From contig CANQND010000003.1 of the NCBI GenBank assembly GCA_947625115.1, positions 4,738 through 68,737 on the forward strand: a stretch of 64,000 nucleotides of DNA, given 5' to 3'. The stretch is from an uncultured Clostridia bacterium (GTDB taxonomy: Bacteria; Bacillota; Clostridia; Christensenellales; CAG-314). The translations under genes were made by a program, and so were the position numbers. The notes beneath the pieces were generated by a model. It was given only the letters and a program-made list of their open reading frames with translations. It was not told the origin of the DNA and did not search any database. Position 1 is the stretch's first letter, and every line of letters begins with the position of its first letter. Shown here in pieces: positions 27,265-37,637 of this stretch.

Positions 27265-28187
27265 TTTACGAACATAAATCCGTTCTTTTGGAAGAATCCG
27301 TTGACGCGCTTGACGTAAAGCAAGACGGTATCTACGTGGATTGCACGGCAGGCGGCGGAGGACACTCCGAAAGAATATTGGACAAGCTGTCGGGCGGAAT
27401 GCTTGTTGCGATAGACAAGGACGAGGACGCTTTGGCGGTTTGCAGGGAAAGGCTGAAAGGCAACGTAAAACTTGTTCACAGCGATTTCAAGCGTTTGTCG
27501 GAAATACTCGACGAGTTGAATATTGACAAAGTTGACGGCATACTTGCGGATTTGGGCGTGAGTTCGTACCAAATAGACAATCCCGAAAGAGGATTTTCCT
27601 ATATGGCAAGCGACGCTCCGCTGGATATGCGAATGGACGCCTCGCAGGAGATTTCGGCAAAAGACATTGTAAACACCTATTCCGAAGCGGAATTGAACAA
27701 GTTGATACGCGAATACGGCGAAGAAAAATTTGCCAAATCGATCGCTCGAAACATTGTGGCGGAACGTCAGAAAAAGCCGATAACAACCTGCGGACAGCTT
27801 GTAGAAATAATAGAAGAATCGGTGCCGCACTGTTCGGGCAAAAGGGGAGGACACCCCGCCAAGAGAACGTTTCAGGCTTTGAGAATAGAAGTAAACAAAG
27901 AGCTGGACGGGATAGACGTGTTTTTGAAAGACGCTGTAAACAGGTTAAACCGAAACGGCAGATTGGCGGTGATATCTTTCCACAGCTTGGAGGACAGGAT
28001 AGTAAAACAATGTTTTGCGGATTTCTCAGCCGACTGTATTTGCCCTCCGTACTTTCCCAAATGCGTGTGCAATCACCGTTCGCTGGGTACGTCTTTGACA
28101 AAGAAGCCTATCGAACCGTCGGCATTGGAAGTTCAGGAAAACCCACGCTCTCAAAGCGCGAAATTGAGAGTATTCGTTAAAAAGTAA
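27261..28187 (+). CDS. rsmH: 16S rRNA (cytosine1402-N4)-methyltransferase RsmH
   Basis: YVDCTAGGGGHSE, DLGVSSYQID and SFHSLEDR. ATGA overlap with mraZ. Confidence 0.93.
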   Translation: MIYEHKSVLLEESVDALDVKQDGIYVDCTAGGGGHSERILDKLSGGMLVAIDKDEDALAVCRERLKGNVKLVHSDFKRLSEILDELNIDKVDGILADLGVSSYQIDNPERGFSYMASDAPLDMRMDASQEISAKDIVNTYSEAELNKLIREYGEEKFAKSIARNIVAERQKKPITTCGQLVEIIEESVPHCSGKRGGHPAKRTFQALRIEVNKELDGIDVFLKDAVNRLNRNGRLAVISFHSLEDRIVKQCFADFSADCICPPYFPKCVCNHRSLGTSLTKKPIEPSALEVQENPRSQSAKLRVFVKK

Positions 28188-28210
28188 TAAACCGAAAGGT
28201 GGTGAATATA

Positions 28211-28837
28211 ATGCAATGGAACAATGATACGGAGTATCAACAATCGCAACAGGACGTTTACGCTGATGTAAGAACGCCCTATTCGGTTCATTCCAACGCT
28301 CGTGAAAACACGGAAGGTCAGGAGTTTTCTCTTTCCGACATACAGCAAAAGCTCGGTGCTTTGAACACCGTTCAGGAAGAGGACTTGAATTCCGTTTCGC
28401 CCGACGCAATGCCCTCCGAGCAGACGCTCAATATGAACTACAACCGCAATTACGCCGCCGTAAAATCGCGCGGTAGTTCAAGGCTTTCCACCAGAGAAAA
28501 GATTATGGTGGCAAGTTACGTGATGGTTGTGTTGGCATTGATCGTTGCGGTGACGGTATGCGGCGTGTCGGTAACGGGTTCGTTTGACGTTGCATTGAAC
28601 GGTTCGGCGCAGTACAGCGAACTTTCCACCGCCGTGCAGACGCTTACGGCAGAAACACAACAGACAAATTTCGAAGAATTGGATCGTCGCGCGACGGATC
28701 TCGGATACGTTGACGCGTCGCGCTCCAATACGATGACGTACACTGAGTTGGAAACAAGACCCGCACAAAATTTCTCGGTTGAAAGCAATTGGTTCGACTC
28801 GTTGTGCGATTGGTTCAGTAGCGTGTTTGGGGGCTGA
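28211..28837 (+). CDS. bitopic membrane protein at the ftsL position (FtsL analogue?)
   Basis: About 100 aa of hydrophilic N-terminal sequence, one TM (IMVASYVMVVLALIVAVTVCGVSV), then an extracytoplasmic tail. ATG 28211 lies 8 nt after AAAGGTGG. No sequence similarity to FtsL was recognised. Confidence 0.6.
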   Translation: MQWNNDTEYQQSQQDVYADVRTPYSVHSNARENTEGQEFSLSDIQQKLGALNTVQEEDLNSVSPDAMPSEQTLNMNYNRNYAAVKSRGSSRLSTREKIMVASYVMVVLALIVAVTVCGVSVTGSFDVALNGSAQYSELSTAVQTLTAETQQTNFEELDRRATDLGYVDASRSNTMTYTELETRPAQNFSVESNWFDSLCDWFSSVFGG

Positions 28838-28838
28838 T

Positions 28839-30572
28839 TTGCGAAACAACTTTTATACTACCAAAAAAAGATTGCTGTCACTTTCTGTGGCGGCAATTTT
28901 TTTGTTTGCAGTCATATTTTTGCGTTTGGGGTATATACAAATAGTTTGGGGTTCGGAGTTGAAAGCGCGAGCGGGCGAACAGTGGCAACGTGATTTACCG
29001 CTACGCGCCTACCGAGGGGACATCGTTGATACCAACGGAAGTTTGCTTGCGACTACGCAAACGGGGTACAGCGTATACGCTCGTCCGCAAAGCGTTGAAA
29101 ACGCCGAATACGCCGCGGAAGTTCTTTCGAATATTTTGCAAACGGAAAAATCGACGCTTTACGAAAAACTCACAAAACGAGGCGTTTCGGAAGTTACTCT
29201 TCGCCGACAGATAAATTCGGAAACGGCGGAGCAAATACGCAATTGCAATATTGCGGGAGTCTACTTGGCTTCGGAGGGACTCAGGAGCTACGTGTACGGA
29301 GATCTGCTTTCGCAGGTGTTGGGCTTTGTTTCGTCCGACGGAACGGGGCAAACGGGTTTGGAGGCATATTACGACAAGTACTTGCAGGGCATTAACGGTA
29401 TGTTGCTTACGGAAACGGACTTGGTAGGGCGCGAACTGAACAATGGAAACACGACCTATATCCCCGCGGTCAACGGTTTGACTCTTACGCTCACGATAGA
29501 CTCGGTTATACAGACTGTCGCCGAAAACGTTTTGGAGCTGGCTATGTACCAACAAAGCCCGCAAGCGGCGCGTTGCATAGTGCTGGACGTCACCACGGGA
29601 GAAATTTTGGCAATGGCGTCCAAGCCCAGCGTCGATTTGAACAATCTGCCGCGAGATGACGTGGAATATCTGATGAAATATTCCAAGAACACGTTGTTGA
29701 CAGACGTCTATGAACCGGGGTCTACTTTCAAAGTTCTCACTGCGTCGGCGTGTCTGGAAGAATATCGTAATGGCAACCCCAAGGCGTTTTCACCCGAACA
29801 CATTTTCGGTTCTTCCGGCATACGCATAGTGGACGGTTCAAAAATAAGTTGCTGGACAAAACACGCCAACGGCAAACATTCCAATCAAAATTTGTCCGAC
29901 GCGTTGAACAACAGCTGCAACCCCGTTTTTACGGATATAGCTTTGTCTTTGGGTAAAGACACGATGTACGAATATTTGGAAAAATTCGGCTACGGAAGCG
30001 TTACGGGAATAGATTTCGCGGGAGAACAGGCGGGTCTGCTTGTGCCGCAAAACGCCGTGACAAACGGAGATTTGGCGCGTATCGGCTTTGGTCAGACTAT
30101 TGCGGTAACGGCGTTGCAACTTTGTATGGCGACTGCGGCGGCTGTAAACGGCGGATTGCTTATGAAACCGTACTTAGTCAAGGAAATATCCGACCCCATC
30201 CCGGGGCAAACCGTAAAAAGGTTTACTCCCACCGTTGTAAACCGCGTGATTAGCGAGGAAACAAGCAAACAAATCGCCGCTATGCTCCAACGTGTGGTGG
30301 ACGAGGGCGGCGGAAAAAACGCCAAGGTAGAGGGATACCAAGTGGGCGGAAAAACGGGAACTGCGCAAAAATTTATCAACGGGGCGTTAGCAACGGGCAA
30401 GTACGTTTCGTCGTTTGTGGGATTTTTCCCGTCAAGTAGCCCCAAGTACTTGGTTTTGATGATAATCGACGAACCGCAGGGACAAAGTTACGGCTCCATT
30501 GTGGCGGCACCGTACGCGGGAATAATTTTTCGCGAAATAATAAATTACAAAAACATCGCCCCGTTGGAGTAG
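28839..30572 (+). CDS. class B penicillin-binding protein (FtsI/SpoVD-type transpeptidase), no PASTA domain
   Basis: SxxK (GSTFKV), SxN (NSCNP) and KTG (GGKTGTAQ). TTG start at 28839, 2 nt after the upstream stop. Confidence 0.88.
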   Translation: MRNNFYTTKKRLLSLSVAAIFLFAVIFLRLGYIQIVWGSELKARAGEQWQRDLPLRAYRGDIVDTNGSLLATTQTGYSVYARPQSVENAEYAAEVLSNILQTEKSTLYEKLTKRGVSEVTLRRQINSETAEQIRNCNIAGVYLASEGLRSYVYGDLLSQVLGFVSSDGTGQTGLEAYYDKYLQGINGMLLTETDLVGRELNNGNTTYIPAVNGLTLTLTIDSVIQTVAENVLELAMYQQSPQAARCIVLDVTTGEILAMASKPSVDLNNLPRDDVEYLMKYSKNTLLTDVYEPGSTFKVLTASACLEEYRNGNPKAFSPEHIFGSSGIRIVDGSKISCWTKHANGKHSNQNLSDALNNSCNPVFTDIALSLGKDTMYEYLEKFGYGSVTGIDFAGEQAGLLVPQNAVTNGDLARIGFGQTIAVTALQLCMATAAAVNGGLLMKPYLVKEISDPIPGQTVKRFTPTVVNRVISEETSKQIAAMLQRVVDEGGGKNAKVEGYQVGGKTGTAQKFINGALATGKYVSSFVGFFPSSSPKYLVLMIIDEPQGQSYGSIVAAPYAGIIFREIINYKNIAPLE

Positions 30573-30614
30573 ACTGACGCCGCAATCATAATTAAACGTA
30601 TATGTAAATAAAAT

Positions 30615-30648
30615 AATCTGTACACAAAGTGTGCGGATTGTTTTTTTT
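30615..30648 (+). terminator. intrinsic terminator inside the dcw cluster (between the pbp gene and murE)
   Basis: 11-bp stem AATCTGTACAC/GTGTGCGGATT (two G-U pairs) followed by G and T8. Confidence 0.6.
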
Positions 30649-30661
30649 GGGAGAGTAGAAA

Positions 30662-32089
30662 ATGTATCTTCAACAAATACTAAACGGAGTAAGTTATCGT
30701 GCTATCGGCGATGGCAATCCCGAAATAACTTCACTGTCCTGCAATACCGCCCAAGTAAAGGCGGGCTGTTTGTTTTTTTGCATAAAAGGCGGCAGGTACG
30801 ACGGACATGACTTTTTCAGAAAAGCCATCGGCGACGGTGCCGTTGCGATAGTGTGCGAACACCCCGTAGAAACGCAAGCTCTGCAAATCGTGGTAGAGGA
30901 CGTGCGCGCCGTTATGAGCGTTGCCGCAAAAAACTTTTACGGGTGTTGCGCCGATAAACTTAAAATAGTTTCGATAGTGGGAACAAACGGTAAAACGTCC
31001 ACTTCCTACGTGTTGGAAGCTATCTTGGCAAAGGCGGGCTACAAAACCGCGCTTATCGGGACAAACGGCATATTTTTTAACGGAGTGAGGTACTCGTCGT
31101 CGCTTACCACTCCCGACCCGATAGAGTTGCACGAGTGGTTCAGACAAATGTATCTGAACAAGGTGGAAATAGTGGTAATGGAAGTATCCGCGCACGCGAT
31201 AGCTTTGCGCAAGATGATCGGTATAAAAGCGGACGTAGCCGTCTTTACCAATTTTTCACAGGATCATCTTGATTTCTTTCGCACTATGGATAACTACCGC
31301 AATGCAAAAAAACAATATTTTACGGATAGCTACGTAAAAAACGTCGTGTCCAACGCCGACGACGAATTGGGAAGAGAAATTGCCGCGCTGTTGCCCTCCG
31401 CCACCTACGGAATACGTGAAAATGCGGATATACGTGCAAGTGAAATAGCTTTGGAAAAGAACGGTTCTGCGTACAAGGTAAATATTTTCGGACGATCTGC
31501 GATTATAACTACGCGTCTTGCGGGAATATTTAACATATACAACACGTTGGCGGCGGCGACTTGCGCGGCGGTGCTGGGTGTGGACGTAGACACGATAGTA
31601 TCGGCGATAGGCGATGTGCAATGCGTTAGCGGCAGGAACGAAACTATCATAAGATCGGACGGGGCGCGTATCGTTGTGGATTTTGCGCATACGCCCGACG
31701 GGATAGCGAACATCTTGGATTTTCTCAAACGGACGACGGAGGGGAAATTGATAGTCGTTTTCGGTTGCGGCGGAAACAGAGATAAATTCAAACGCCCGTT
31801 GATGGCGCAAGTCGTATCTCGTTTTGCCGACTTTGCGATACTCACAAACGACAATCCGCGTTTCGAGGACCCGAAATTGATTGCAAGGGACGTTTCGGAA
31901 GCGTTGACCTGCAAATATAAGGTTGTGCTAAACCGTTCGCAGGCGACGGAGTACGCTCTGTCCGTTGCCGACGGCAGAGATACCGTTGCGATTTTAGGAA
32001 AAGGCGCGGAAGAATATCAGGAAATTCGCGGGCGCAAATTTCCCTATTCCGACGTGGAAGTGGTTCAAAAGTTACTGCGCGTCGATTAG
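30662..32089 (+). CDS. murE: UDP-MurNAc-L-Ala-D-Glu:meso-DAP ligase MurE
   Basis: GTNGKTST P-loop and the DNPR motif (LTNDNPRFEDP) associated with meso-DAP specificity. Confidence 0.92.
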   Translation: MYLQQILNGVSYRAIGDGNPEITSLSCNTAQVKAGCLFFCIKGGRYDGHDFFRKAIGDGAVAIVCEHPVETQALQIVVEDVRAVMSVAAKNFYGCCADKLKIVSIVGTNGKTSTSYVLEAILAKAGYKTALIGTNGIFFNGVRYSSSLTTPDPIELHEWFRQMYLNKVEIVVMEVSAHAIALRKMIGIKADVAVFTNFSQDHLDFFRTMDNYRNAKKQYFTDSYVKNVVSNADDELGREIAALLPSATYGIRENADIRASEIALEKNGSAYKVNIFGRSAIITTRLAGIFNIYNTLAAATCAAVLGVDVDTIVSAIGDVQCVSGRNETIIRSDGARIVVDFAHTPDGIANILDFLKRTTEGKLIVVFGCGGNRDKFKRPLMAQVVSRFADFAILTNDNPRFEDPKLIARDVSEALTCKYKVVLNRSQATEYALSVADGRDTVAILGKGAEEYQEIRGRKFPYSDVEVVQKLLRVD

Positions 32090-32109
32090 TACATATAGAC
32101 AGGTGAGAT

Positions 32110-33102
32110 ATGCAAGCAATATCATTTTTGGCTGCGTTTGCCGTTTGTTTGCTTTTGTCGGCGATGTTGTTGCCTCTTTTGAAACGGTTCAATGCGGGGC
32201 AGGAAATTCTCCAATACGTAACCGAACACAGCGGAAAGCAGGGTACGCCTACAATGGGCGGAATAGCGTTTATTTTGACGGTGGCGTCGCTTAGCGCGAT
32301 TTTTTGTAATTGGTCTAACAGGGCGACGGCTGTTTCCGTCGTCGTTTTCGCCGCATACGGAACGGTAGGCTTTTTCGACGACTTCATAAAGATAAAATAC
32401 AAGCGCAATATGGGCTTGCACGCATATCAAAAAATAATAGTTCAATTGGCGATAGCGGTATTGGTGGCTTTTTTCGTGTGGGGAGATGTTTCTGTCGGGG
32501 ACAAGCTGAGGATACCTTTCACCTCTCGAACCGTGCAAATCGGGTTTTGGATAGTGCCGTTGGTTATATTTATCTATCTTGCATGCACAAACAGCGTAAA
32601 CCTTACGGACGGGATCGACGGCTTGGCTACAAGCACAACAATCTGTTTTCTGGCGGGAATGATAGCGTTGCTTGGCAGAGAACTCAAAATTCTGGACGGT
32701 ATCGGCGACACTTACGCTTATAGACAAACCCAAGACATCGTTATGCTTTGCTACCTGTCCTGCGGCGCGCTTGCGGCGTTTTTGCTGTTTAATTGCAACA
32801 ACGCCAAAATGTTTATGGGAGATACGGGTTCTCTTGCGTTGGGCGCAATGGTGGCGTGCGTGGCAATTTTTACGAGAATGAGCCTGTTCATTCCCATTTT
32901 GGGGCTTATGTTTGTGGTGTCGAGCGCGTCGGTGATAATACAGGTCGTCTACTTCAAAATCACGCGCGGCAAGAGGATCTTTTTGATGGCACCGTTTCAC
33001 CACCATCTGCAAAAGAAACAGTGGAGCGAAACTCGAATCTGCGTCTTGTACAGCGTGATAACGCTGTGTATTACTTTCGTTTTGATGTGTTTTGGAGAAT
33101 AA
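32110..33102 (+). CDS. mraY: phospho-MurNAc-pentapeptide translocase MraY
   Basis: Ten-TM protein with KQGTPTMGG, NLTDGIDGLA and MGDTGSLALG motifs. Confidence 0.93.
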   Translation: MQAISFLAAFAVCLLLSAMLLPLLKRFNAGQEILQYVTEHSGKQGTPTMGGIAFILTVASLSAIFCNWSNRATAVSVVVFAAYGTVGFFDDFIKIKYKRNMGLHAYQKIIVQLAIAVLVAFFVWGDVSVGDKLRIPFTSRTVQIGFWIVPLVIFIYLACTNSVNLTDGIDGLATSTTICFLAGMIALLGRELKILDGIGDTYAYRQTQDIVMLCYLSCGALAAFLLFNCNNAKMFMGDTGSLALGAMVACVAIFTRMSLFIPILGLMFVVSSASVIIQVVYFKITRGKRIFLMAPFHHHLQKKQWSETRICVLYSVITLCITFVLMCFGE

Positions 33103-33103
33103 T

Positions 33104-34390
33104 ATGACAGACATAATAGTGTACGGAAGGGGTAAAACAGGGCAAAGTGTTATGTCTTTGCTACAAAAACTACATCAGAGCGCAGTGTTCTACGACGATG
33201 TGAAAGGCTTTGATAGAGGCGGTTTTACGTCGGGAGGACTTGTTGTTTTGAGTCCGGGAATACCGCCTACGGCAAAGGGAGTGATAGAGGCAAGAAAGAT
33301 AGGCGCGCAATTTTGTTGCGAATTGGAGCTTTGCTTCCCTCTTTGCAGAGGAAAGTGTATTTCCGTTACGGGAACAAACGGCAAAACGACCGTCTGCGAA
33401 ATGATACATCACATTTTGAGATGCGTCGGCAAAAAGAGCGTTTTGCTGGGTAACGGCGGAGTTCCCTTTTCTTCACGCGTTCTCGACGTATCCTACGATG
33501 AAACGGTGGTGTTGGAAAGTTCGAGTTTTCAGTTGGCTTTTTGCAAAAAATTTGCTCCGTACATAAGCGTTTTGACAAACGTTGCAAGCGACCATCTCAA
33601 TTGGCACGGAACCGTTCAAAATTACCGTTCGGCAAAAGCCAACAACTTTCTGCGACAACAAGATGGATTTGCCATATTCAACGGCGACGACGAAAACGTT
33701 GTCGCCCTATCCGAAAAATGCCGTTCTGTCAAACTTTTTTACTCCTTGCGGGACAACGATGCCAATTGCAGTTTCGACGGCGAATTCGTTACGGTAAAAA
33801 CAAAGGACATTCGCTGTAAGCGTCAGGCAAAATTTCTCAAAAACTTTGCTCTGCACAACCAATCTAACGCATTGGCGGCGATCTCCGCCTGCGTATGCGC
33901 GGGCGTTTGTCTTGCCGATTGTCTTAGAGCGTTGCAAACTTTTCGCCTGTCGCCGCACCGTTTGCAAAAAATTTCTTCCTTTTGCGGAGTGGATTTCGTA
34001 GACGACAGCAAAGCGACAAACGTGCATGCCACGGTTAGCGCGTTGAAGTGTTTTTCGCAAGATCTCGCTTTGATTTTGGGCGGATCCGACAAGGGCGAAA
34101 GCTACGATGAAATATTCTTAAATCTGCCTCCCGATTCGGTGGTTACGGCGGCGGGGCAAACCGCGTCAGACATAAGGCAATGCGGAGGTAAGTACGGCGT
34201 AGAGGTTCGCGTGTTCGATGACATAAAAAAAGCCGTAACTTACTGCTTTTACGCATTGAAAGGCAGGGGCGGCACTGTTTTAATGTCCAACGCGTGCGCA
34301 AGTTTCGACAGTTTCGGCGGTTTTGAAGAGCGCGGCGAATACTTTGCAAAGGCGGTAGAGGAACTGAAAGTTGAAAATACGGAAATTTGA
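33104..34390 (+). CDS. murD: UDP-MurNAc-L-Ala:D-Glu ligase MurD
   Basis: VTGTNGKTT P-loop and DDSKATN. The start is set at ATG 33104, which has GGAG 6 nt upstream. Confidence 0.9.
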   Translation: MTDIIVYGRGKTGQSVMSLLQKLHQSAVFYDDVKGFDRGGFTSGGLVVLSPGIPPTAKGVIEARKIGAQFCCELELCFPLCRGKCISVTGTNGKTTVCEMIHHILRCVGKKSVLLGNGGVPFSSRVLDVSYDETVVLESSSFQLAFCKKFAPYISVLTNVASDHLNWHGTVQNYRSAKANNFLRQQDGFAIFNGDDENVVALSEKCRSVKLFYSLRDNDANCSFDGEFVTVKTKDIRCKRQAKFLKNFALHNQSNALAAISACVCAGVCLADCLRALQTFRLSPHRLQKISSFCGVDFVDDSKATNVHATVSALKCFSQDLALILGGSDKGESYDEIFLNLPPDSVVTAAGQTASDIRQCGGKYGVEVRVFDDIKKAVTYCFYALKGRGGTVLMSNACASFDSFGGFEERGEYFAKAVEELKVENTEI

Positions 34391-35486
34391 TTACATATTG
34401 TTGGGCTGCGTGCTTACGCTTGTGGCTTTGGGGTTGGTGTTCGTTTACAGCGCAAGCAGTTACTCTGCTCAGATAACCTACGGCAACAAATACTTCTTCT
34501 TGACCAAGCAGGCGATCGGCGCGGCAGTGGGACTTGTTGCGATGATTGTCGCAATGAACGTCAAACTCGATTTTTTGAAAAAGTTTTGGATAGTCGGCGT
34601 CGTTTTGTCCGTCCTGTTGCTTGCGTTGGTTTTCGTCCCGGGTATAAGCATCGAAAACTACGGGGCAAAACGGTGGATTGGCGTGGGAAGTTTTTCTATG
34701 CAACCGTCGGAAATCGCCAAATTTGCCTACGTTTTGTTTTGCGCCGTGTGCATATCCAAATTCGATATGACAAAATTGCGCTCCTGTTTGTTGCCGATAG
34801 GAGTGGGAACGCTTTTTTGCGGGTTAATTATCGCCGAACCGAATATGTCGATAACAATGTGTATGGCAATGTTAATGGTGATAATGCTGTACTTGGGCGG
34901 TATGAAAAAGAAATATTTTCTGCTTATGCTGGTGCCGCTCGTTGCGGCTGTTCCGTTGCTTATTGTCGTGGAGCCGTACAGGTTGCAACGGTTGTTGGCT
35001 TTTGTCGATCCGTGGGCTTCGCCCAAAGAGGAGGGTTATCAACTGATTCAATCGCTCTATGCGTTGGGCAGCGGCGGTTGGTTCGGCGTAGGACTCTTCA
35101 ACAGCAGACAAAAATACAGGTTTTTGCCTTTTGCCGAGAGCGATTTTATTTTTTCCGTGATCGGAGAGGAAACGGGATTGATAGGCTGTCTTGTTATTTT
35201 CACGCTTTACGCTACCGTTATTATCAGGGGAGTGCGCATTGCGGTGAACAGTCGCGGCAAATTTGAAAGCAGTCTTGCGGGAGGAATCGTCGCGGTAATA
35301 GCCGTGCAGTCGTTACTTAACTTCGCCGTTGTGACGGGCAGTATACCGCCAACGGGCTTGCCGTTGCCGTTTATGAGTTACGGCGGCACGTCGCTGGTGG
35401 TTTTTATGACGGCGGTGGGCGTGTTGCTCAACTTGTCGCGTGAGGTTTACGACAATCAATTCGGAGGTGTGCTGTGGAGTACTTGA
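34371..35486 (+). CDS. ftsW: SEDS-family peptidoglycan polymerase FtsW/SpoVE
   Basis: Multi-TM protein with PSEIAKFA, ESDFIFSVIGEE and LPFMSYGGTS motifs. TTG start. Confidence 0.9.
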   Translation: MKIRKFDYILLGCVLTLVALGLVFVYSASSYSAQITYGNKYFFLTKQAIGAAVGLVAMIVAMNVKLDFLKKFWIVGVVLSVLLLALVFVPGISIENYGAKRWIGVGSFSMQPSEIAKFAYVLFCAVCISKFDMTKLRSCLLPIGVGTLFCGLIIAEPNMSITMCMAMLMVIMLYLGGMKKKYFLLMLVPLVAAVPLLIVVEPYRLQRLLAFVDPWASPKEEGYQLIQSLYALGSGGWFGVGLFNSRQKYRFLPFAESDFIFSVIGEETGLIGCLVIFTLYATVIIRGVRIAVNSRGKFESSLAGGIVAVIAVQSLLNFAVVTGSIPPTGLPLPFMSYGGTSLVVFMTAVGVLLNLSREVYDNQFGGVLWST

Positions 35487-36721
35487 TCGAGGGCGGAAAG
35501 CCGTTAAAGGGCGAATTGCACGTATACGGAGCAAAAAACTGCGCGTTGGCGTTGTTGGGAGCGACGGTTTTGACGGACGACGAAGTGATTTTGACAAATT
35601 GCCCCGACATCGTAGACGTGGAGAATATGCTGAAATTGCTGTCCGCTATGGGTAAGACCGTGACAAGAACAGACTCAACCGTGTCGGTAAAAGGCGCGTT
35701 GACGAGTACTTGCGCGCCCGTCGCGTTGGCAACGTTGCTGCGCGGATCCGCGTTGATATTGGGCGGAACGCTCGCTCGGCACGGCGAAGTCACCTTGCCC
35801 GTCCCCGGTGGTTGCGCGATAGGCGCAAGACCGATGGATATTCACCTTTGCGGGTTTGAAGCGTTGGGCGCAACCGTTACGCAAAGCGACAATTCGGTAA
35901 ATTGCCGAGGCAAACTTGTCGGCGCGCGATATACGTTGCGTATGCCAAGCGTAGGCGCGACGGAAAATCTGCTTTGCGCTTGCGCTCTTGCCAAAGGCGA
36001 CAGCGTGCTGAAAAACTGCGCTACGGAACCCGAAGTGGCGGCGTTGGAGCAAATGCTTGTGCAAATGGGTGCAAAAATACGCGGCGCGGGCGGCTCCGAA
36101 CTGCATATCGAGGGCGTTTCCAAGCTACACGGAACGCAATTTTTTGTCATTCCCGACAGAATTGTCGCGGCAACGTACCTTGCGGGCGCGGCGGCGACGT
36201 TAGGCGATGTTACGGTCACCGATTGCGTTCCGCAACATTTAGGCGGCATTTTGGATTTGTTCCGTCCGCGTTTTGACGTCTTTGTTGAGGAGAACAGCGT
36301 CCGTTTGCGCGCCGTCGGCAAGCCGCGTGGCTACGGCACCGTTCAGACTGCTCCTTATCCTGCGTTTCCAACGGATATGCAATCTCTTTTGCTCAGCCTT
36401 GCGGCTTGTTCGGTTGGCAAAACCGTGATACGCGAAACTCTCTTTGAAAACCGTCTTGCGCACAATGCGGAGCAGTTGAACAAAATGGGCGCGCAAATAG
36501 AGATTTGCGGCGACGTTGCAACCGTTGTCGGGGCAAATTTGCACGGTGCCTGCGTAGAGGCGAAAGATCTTCGCGGCGGGGCGGGGCTGGTGATAGCCGC
36601 TCTTGCCGCCGACGGCGTAAGCAAGGTTGGCGGCGTACGGCATATCGAGCGCGGGTACATAGATTTGGGCGGCTGTTTTGCGGAGTTGGGTGCCAAAATA
36701 TCGAAAAATCCATTTATATGA
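35474..36721 (+). CDS. murA: UDP-GlcNAc 1-carboxyvinyltransferase MurA
   Basis: GAKNCALALLGA, active-site loop PGGCAIGARPMDIH, PYPAFPTDMQ and FENRLAHNAEQLNKMGA. GTG start 6 nt after GGAGG. Confidence 0.92.
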   Translation: MEYLIEGGKPLKGELHVYGAKNCALALLGATVLTDDEVILTNCPDIVDVENMLKLLSAMGKTVTRTDSTVSVKGALTSTCAPVALATLLRGSALILGGTLARHGEVTLPVPGGCAIGARPMDIHLCGFEALGATVTQSDNSVNCRGKLVGARYTLRMPSVGATENLLCACALAKGDSVLKNCATEPEVAALEQMLVQMGAKIRGAGGSELHIEGVSKLHGTQFFVIPDRIVAATYLAGAAATLGDVTVTDCVPQHLGGILDLFRPRFDVFVEENSVRLRAVGKPRGYGTVQTAPYPAFPTDMQSLLLSLAACSVGKTVIRETLFENRLAHNAEQLNKMGAQIEICGDVATVVGANLHGACVEAKDLRGGAGLVIAALAADGVSKVGGVRHIERGYIDLGGCFAELGAKISKNPFI

Positions 36722-36739
36722 TTTTTATAATATTTTTCA

Positions 36740-36768
36740 TTGACTAACGCGTGATTTAGTTGTATAAT
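36740..36768 (+). promoter_or_regulatory. internal sigmaA promoter for ftsQ-ftsA-ftsZ
   Basis: TTGACT, 17-nt spacer, TATAAT, in the AT-rich gap after murA. Confidence 0.6.
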
Positions 36769-36790
36769 TTATTCGATTATAATTGGCGGT

Positions 36791-37624
36791 ATGGCGTTGT
36801 TTTTGAAACGCGTACCGTCAAGGGAGTTACAAGTGAAGAGTAAAAAACTTCTCATTTCACTGACGGTAGTTGCCATTATCGTTGTGGTGATCGTGGTAAT
36901 AGCGGCGGTACTGACAGTCAAAAAAATCGACGTCGTGTACCACGGCTTTGACGGAAGCGCGATTGCCGCGCCGCAGGAAGGGATTGCCACAGACGAAATT
37001 TTGTCCGCCTACAAAGGAAAAAGCATCGTATTTCTTTCCAAAAGTAGGCTATTGTCGGAATTGAACGAAAAATATACCGATTGGCATGCTTTTGCAGTTG
37101 TAAAACACTTCCCCAACGAAGTGGAAATTCATTTTGTGGTAAGTACCGCCATTGCAAAATTCAGCGCGGGCGGAGAAACTTACTACATCGATTCTTTCGG
37201 CTATTCTGCCCCTCAACCCAACTACGACGTCATAGACGTTTCTTCGGCATTTTCGGGGCAAGGTCTTGAAGTGAAGAGCAACGAATTGGGCAAGGAATTT
37301 CAATTTCAAAGCGCGGTTTGCAACAGCCGTTTGAAATGTGTTGTGCAGTCAGTACTTGCAACTTGGCAGTGCCAAGTGGACATAGACGAAATGTCGCAAG
37401 TGTTGGGTGACGGCGGCAACGTGTTTTTGTTCAACGAAAACGGAGATTTGATAATTTCTCCCAAAACAGGCGGTAAAATCGTAGTGCAAAGTCCCGAAAC
37501 CGATTTGTCCGAAAGGCTGATCAACGCCTACGGAGTGTACTACAATTCCACGCAGGACGTACAAAAAGATAACGTTACGATAACAGTGTACAAAAACGGA
37601 AGAATAACTTCTTCCGCCGAATAA
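36791..37624 (+). CDS. ftsQ: cell division protein FtsQ/DivIB-like
   Basis: A single N-terminal TM (LLISLTVVAIIVVVIVVIAAVL) precedes an extracytoplasmic domain. The gene sits directly upstream of ftsA, so the call is mostly positional. Confidence 0.65.
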   Translation: MALFLKRVPSRELQVKSKKLLISLTVVAIIVVVIVVIAAVLTVKKIDVVYHGFDGSAIAAPQEGIATDEILSAYKGKSIVFLSKSRLLSELNEKYTDWHAFAVVKHFPNEVEIHFVVSTAIAKFSAGGETYYIDSFGYSAPQPNYDVIDVSSAFSGQGLEVKSNELGKEFQFQSAVCNSRLKCVVQSVLATWQCQVDIDEMSQVLGDGGNVFLFNENGDLIISPKTGGKIVVQSPETDLSERLINAYGVYYNSTQDVQKDNVTITVYKNGRITSSAE

Positions 37625-37637
37625 AGGGTTTACAGAG

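Noticed and set aside
30573-33104. Apparent absence of murF (and of murG/murC/murB) from the dcw cluster as evidence of pathway loss
   Set aside because: Absence from this window says nothing about the rest of the genome, and these genes are often located elsewhere.
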